Part shown: one piece after another, positions 62,901 through 64,000 of the stretch | Layout: each line of letters begins with the position of its first letter | Numbering within the stretch: the stretch's first letter is position 1 | Assembly: GCF_964355755.1 (NCBI RefSeq) | Contig: NC_092679.1 | Location: 20,691,432-20,755,431 of the forward strand | Direction: 5' to 3' | Source of the DNA: Antedon mediterranea | Lineage: Eukaryota > Animalia > Echinodermata | Length of the DNA stretch: 64,000 nt | Translations under genes and position numbers: made by a program | The notes under the pieces: model-generated | Database searches by the model: none | What the model saw: the letters and a program-made list of their open reading frames with translations, nothing else | What the model was told of the DNA's origin: nothing

Positions 62901-63948
62901 GAATAAACCATCACCTATCACACACATATTAGCGTTAATTTTATCTGAGTACACATTAAAAGGACTACATCAAAAAAACATAAAGTACTGCATCATTTAT
63001 TATTTGGGATCTTATTTTTGAATAACTAATAAAATTCCTGTAATTTACCCTATCTGCAAGGGCATCAAACAAGCCTGTGAATAACATCATAGTGAGCCGT
63101 TTCTCTTCATCATTGGCGGCGCCGTAACTACCCCAACCACCATGACTTCCATAGTAGTCAACACAGCGCTCATAATGCAACGTTAAAATCTACAAGACAA
63201 AGATATTTAGAATGGAGAATTGTTTTCTATTTCCACAACCAACTGATATTCTGCTAATAAATTAGTTAAAATAAAGTATGTAAATCTATGTAAACCGACA
63301 TTGGAGTTTTCAATTTGTGACAAACTTGATTATAGAAATTACTGTAGTTACACCAACTAAATTTGCTAATATGGAAGCATTGAAATGTACTTTCTCACTC
63401 ATTTGTTTAACAGTTCTAGTGGATTCTAGGATCAACAAGTGACACATGTGTAGGTTCTACATCTTTGCAATTTGAAAGCTCTCTATTCTGATACCAAGGC
63501 TGGATAAACAAGTTTATCTTACCTTCAAGGCAACATATGTATGTTCTAGTAATAATGGAACATCAACTGTCAGCTTTCGGAGTAGTCGCTGCATCATGGA
63601 TGGCCGCAGACTCCTAAAAAAAAATAATTTATATATATACTTTTTATTGCTCTAGAGAAAGCAATTAATAAGCTAATACCCAAGGATGAAATATATTCCT
63701 AATAGTATGAAAGGGAAATGTACTTACCCTGTGAGAGCTACTAGAAAATCTGCAATGGTATCTCTCTGGCCTTTTGTGAGTGACCGACATTTGGACAGAC
63801 GATAGACTGTGTTCATGGTGGAGTCCAGTAGCGAGATGTTGTGACCTGCATTCTCAAACATGTGAGCATGTCGGGTCAGCAGTGGTAGGACAGAGTTGCA
63901 CAGGTAGCGGTTCAAGGCTAGAGCCATGTCATGGTCGTGAGTATTAGG
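35913..63948 (-). CDS. RyR: Ryanodine receptor, 3' half (5' part lies beyond window end); many short exons
   Basis: Exons translate to RyR hallmarks: [11 protein letters not shown] (63948-), [145 protein letters not shown], and C-terminal [31 protein letters not shown] (stop 35913-35915). Confidence 0.97.
36325..36437. repeat. 13-bp minisatellite (aatctcagagttc)n
   Basis: About 8 tandem copies in an RyR intron. Confidence 0.85.
36821..36965 (+). repeat. Hammerhead-containing dispersed repeat, copy 3 (degenerate)
   Basis: ttgcatggaggaagggttagtattacccaaaagctctgcaa...ctgatacccaaagcattgtcatttttcagtaatttgcc. Confidence 0.65.
38200..38338. mobile_element. MITE family A copy (degenerate)
   Basis: aaagctctgtctata...gatgtcatatcactacc...gtgttgacagcactta. 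Confidence 0.7.
39268..39400 (+). mobile_element. Helentron/HINE-like repeat fragment
   Basis: tacatctgccaaggaggtaatatgttttc...gtgtgtttgttt...tgttagcaggattactcaaaaa resembles the common ttacctccgccaaggaggttatgttttc repeat head (from memory). Confidence 0.45.
39940..40048 (+). pseudogene. Degenerate 5S rRNA pseudogene (or 5S-derived SINE head), antisense in an RyR intron
   Basis: tactgcgttgaaacaccgatcattgaagttaagtaacgttgagcccggtt...ggattggagaccgtctagaaata...gggtgctgta aligns to metazoan 5S (cgttgaaaacacc...gatcaccgaagttaagcaacgtcgggcccggtt...ggatgggtgaccgcctgggaataccgggtgctgtag) with a deletion and substitutions. Confidence 0.8.
40699..40862. mobile_element. MITE family A copy
   Basis: tta-agctctgtctacactatcaaac...gtttgatagtgtagacagagct-tta (TTA TSD). 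Confidence 0.9.
43632..43955. repeat. Perfect 26-bp inverted repeat pair flanking ~270 bp (MITE-like)
   Basis: tataaaattctttatatcaaaccaat / attggtttgatataaagaattttata; the interior ends in a LINE-like aataaa...(atctt)n tail. Confidence 0.6.
44242..44400 (+). repeat. Hammerhead-containing dispersed repeat, copy 4 (degenerate)
   Basis: ttgtaatgaagaagggttatttacccaaaagctctgcaac...ttgagatccagccactgatac. Confidence 0.65.
47421..47441 (-). CDS. RyR: Candidate 21-nt RyR microexon (DENGPIA)
   Basis: ttttctcccttcaacacag|atgaaaatggtcctatagcag|gtaggg; phase 1-1, frame-preserving between the flanking exons. Confidence 0.7.
49046..50058. mobile_element. 1013-bp non-autonomous DNA transposon with 5-bp TSD (hAT5-like)
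   Basis: gtaag[cagggccgtagccagg...cctggctacgggcctg]gtaag; subterminal gggggggttcg motifs at both ends. Confidence 0.85.
51769..51959. mobile_element. Young 191-bp PIF/Harbinger MITE, nested in an older Tc1/pogo-like remnant
   Basis: taa[agggcctttcacacctgttccggcacggttccggtccggcga...tcgccggaccggaaccgtgccggagcaggtgtgaaaggccct]taa; ~42-bp TIR with 1 mismatch. Confidence 0.9.
52518..52657. mobile_element. MITE family A copy
   Basis: aagttctgtctacactatcaa...tagtgtagatagagcatta. Confidence 0.8.
53503..53678. mobile_element. MITE family A copy carrying a 22-bp insertion with 8-bp duplication in its left TIR
   Basis: ctct-gtctacat[cagggaagactactttttgctg]gtcaacac-tatcaaactag versus ctctgtctacactatcaaactag in the other copies. 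Confidence 0.8.
56514..56545. mobile_element. Putative P-like footprint (CAGGGAAGA type)
   Basis: gttctat[cagggaagattgtaacttcactcttcctcctg]gttctgt. Confidence 0.5.
57525..57679. mobile_element. MITE family A copy
   Basis: aagctctgtctacactatcaaac...gtttgatagtgtagacaggcttta. Confidence 0.85.
59193..59317. mobile_element. MITE family A copy
   Basis: aagctctgtctacactatcaaac...gtttgatagtgtggacagagcttta. Confidence 0.85.
60020..60185 (+). mobile_element. Degenerate tRNA-derived SINE
   Basis: B-box-like gggttcaattccc followed by cactcagctgtaaaaggacacctgg and ggaaaggaaccggttatcttaccac, resembling conserved invertebrate SINE central domains. Confidence 0.5.
62647..62788. mobile_element. 142-bp MITE with CATAGAG...CTCTATG termini
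   Basis: catagagatcacattatctactagaga / tctctagtagtttattagtatctctatg; TSD degenerate. Confidence 0.6.
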
Positions 63949-64000
63949 CTAGCAACATAAATCAAAAATATAATGTAAAATTGACACACAAAAGCTTATA

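Overview
AT-rich, intron-containing animal genomic DNA; the gene set and repeats suggest a marine invertebrate, possibly an echinoderm (inference). Bases 1-9.4 kb are a large non-coding foldback-like structure. A ~100-bp palindrome-containing satellite (1-4.2 kb, with an 888-bp higher-order repeat) and its inverted copy (8.0-9.4 kb) enclose tandem 623-bp hairpin units and a second foldback element built from 15-bp repeats. Five genes follow: YPEL5 (+), AP4B1 (+), an uncharacterised secreted/membrane-anchored protein (-), an NXPE-family SGNH protein (-) and the 3' half of a ryanodine receptor (-). Introns are dense in MITEs, SINEs, a 5S pseudogene, and a Penelope-like retroelement fragment with a hammerhead ribozyme. 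Most notable: (i) a family of 17-49 bp palindromic scars with CA..TG ends and 7-8 bp target duplications that look like P-element excision footprints, one being exactly 17+1+17 nt; (ii) the foldback/satellite architecture; (iii) hammerhead ribozyme repeats; (iv) an RyR selectivity filter reading GGGIAD and a 21-nt microexon at the RyR1 ASII position. All calls were made by eye with no database searches; many coordinates are approximate.
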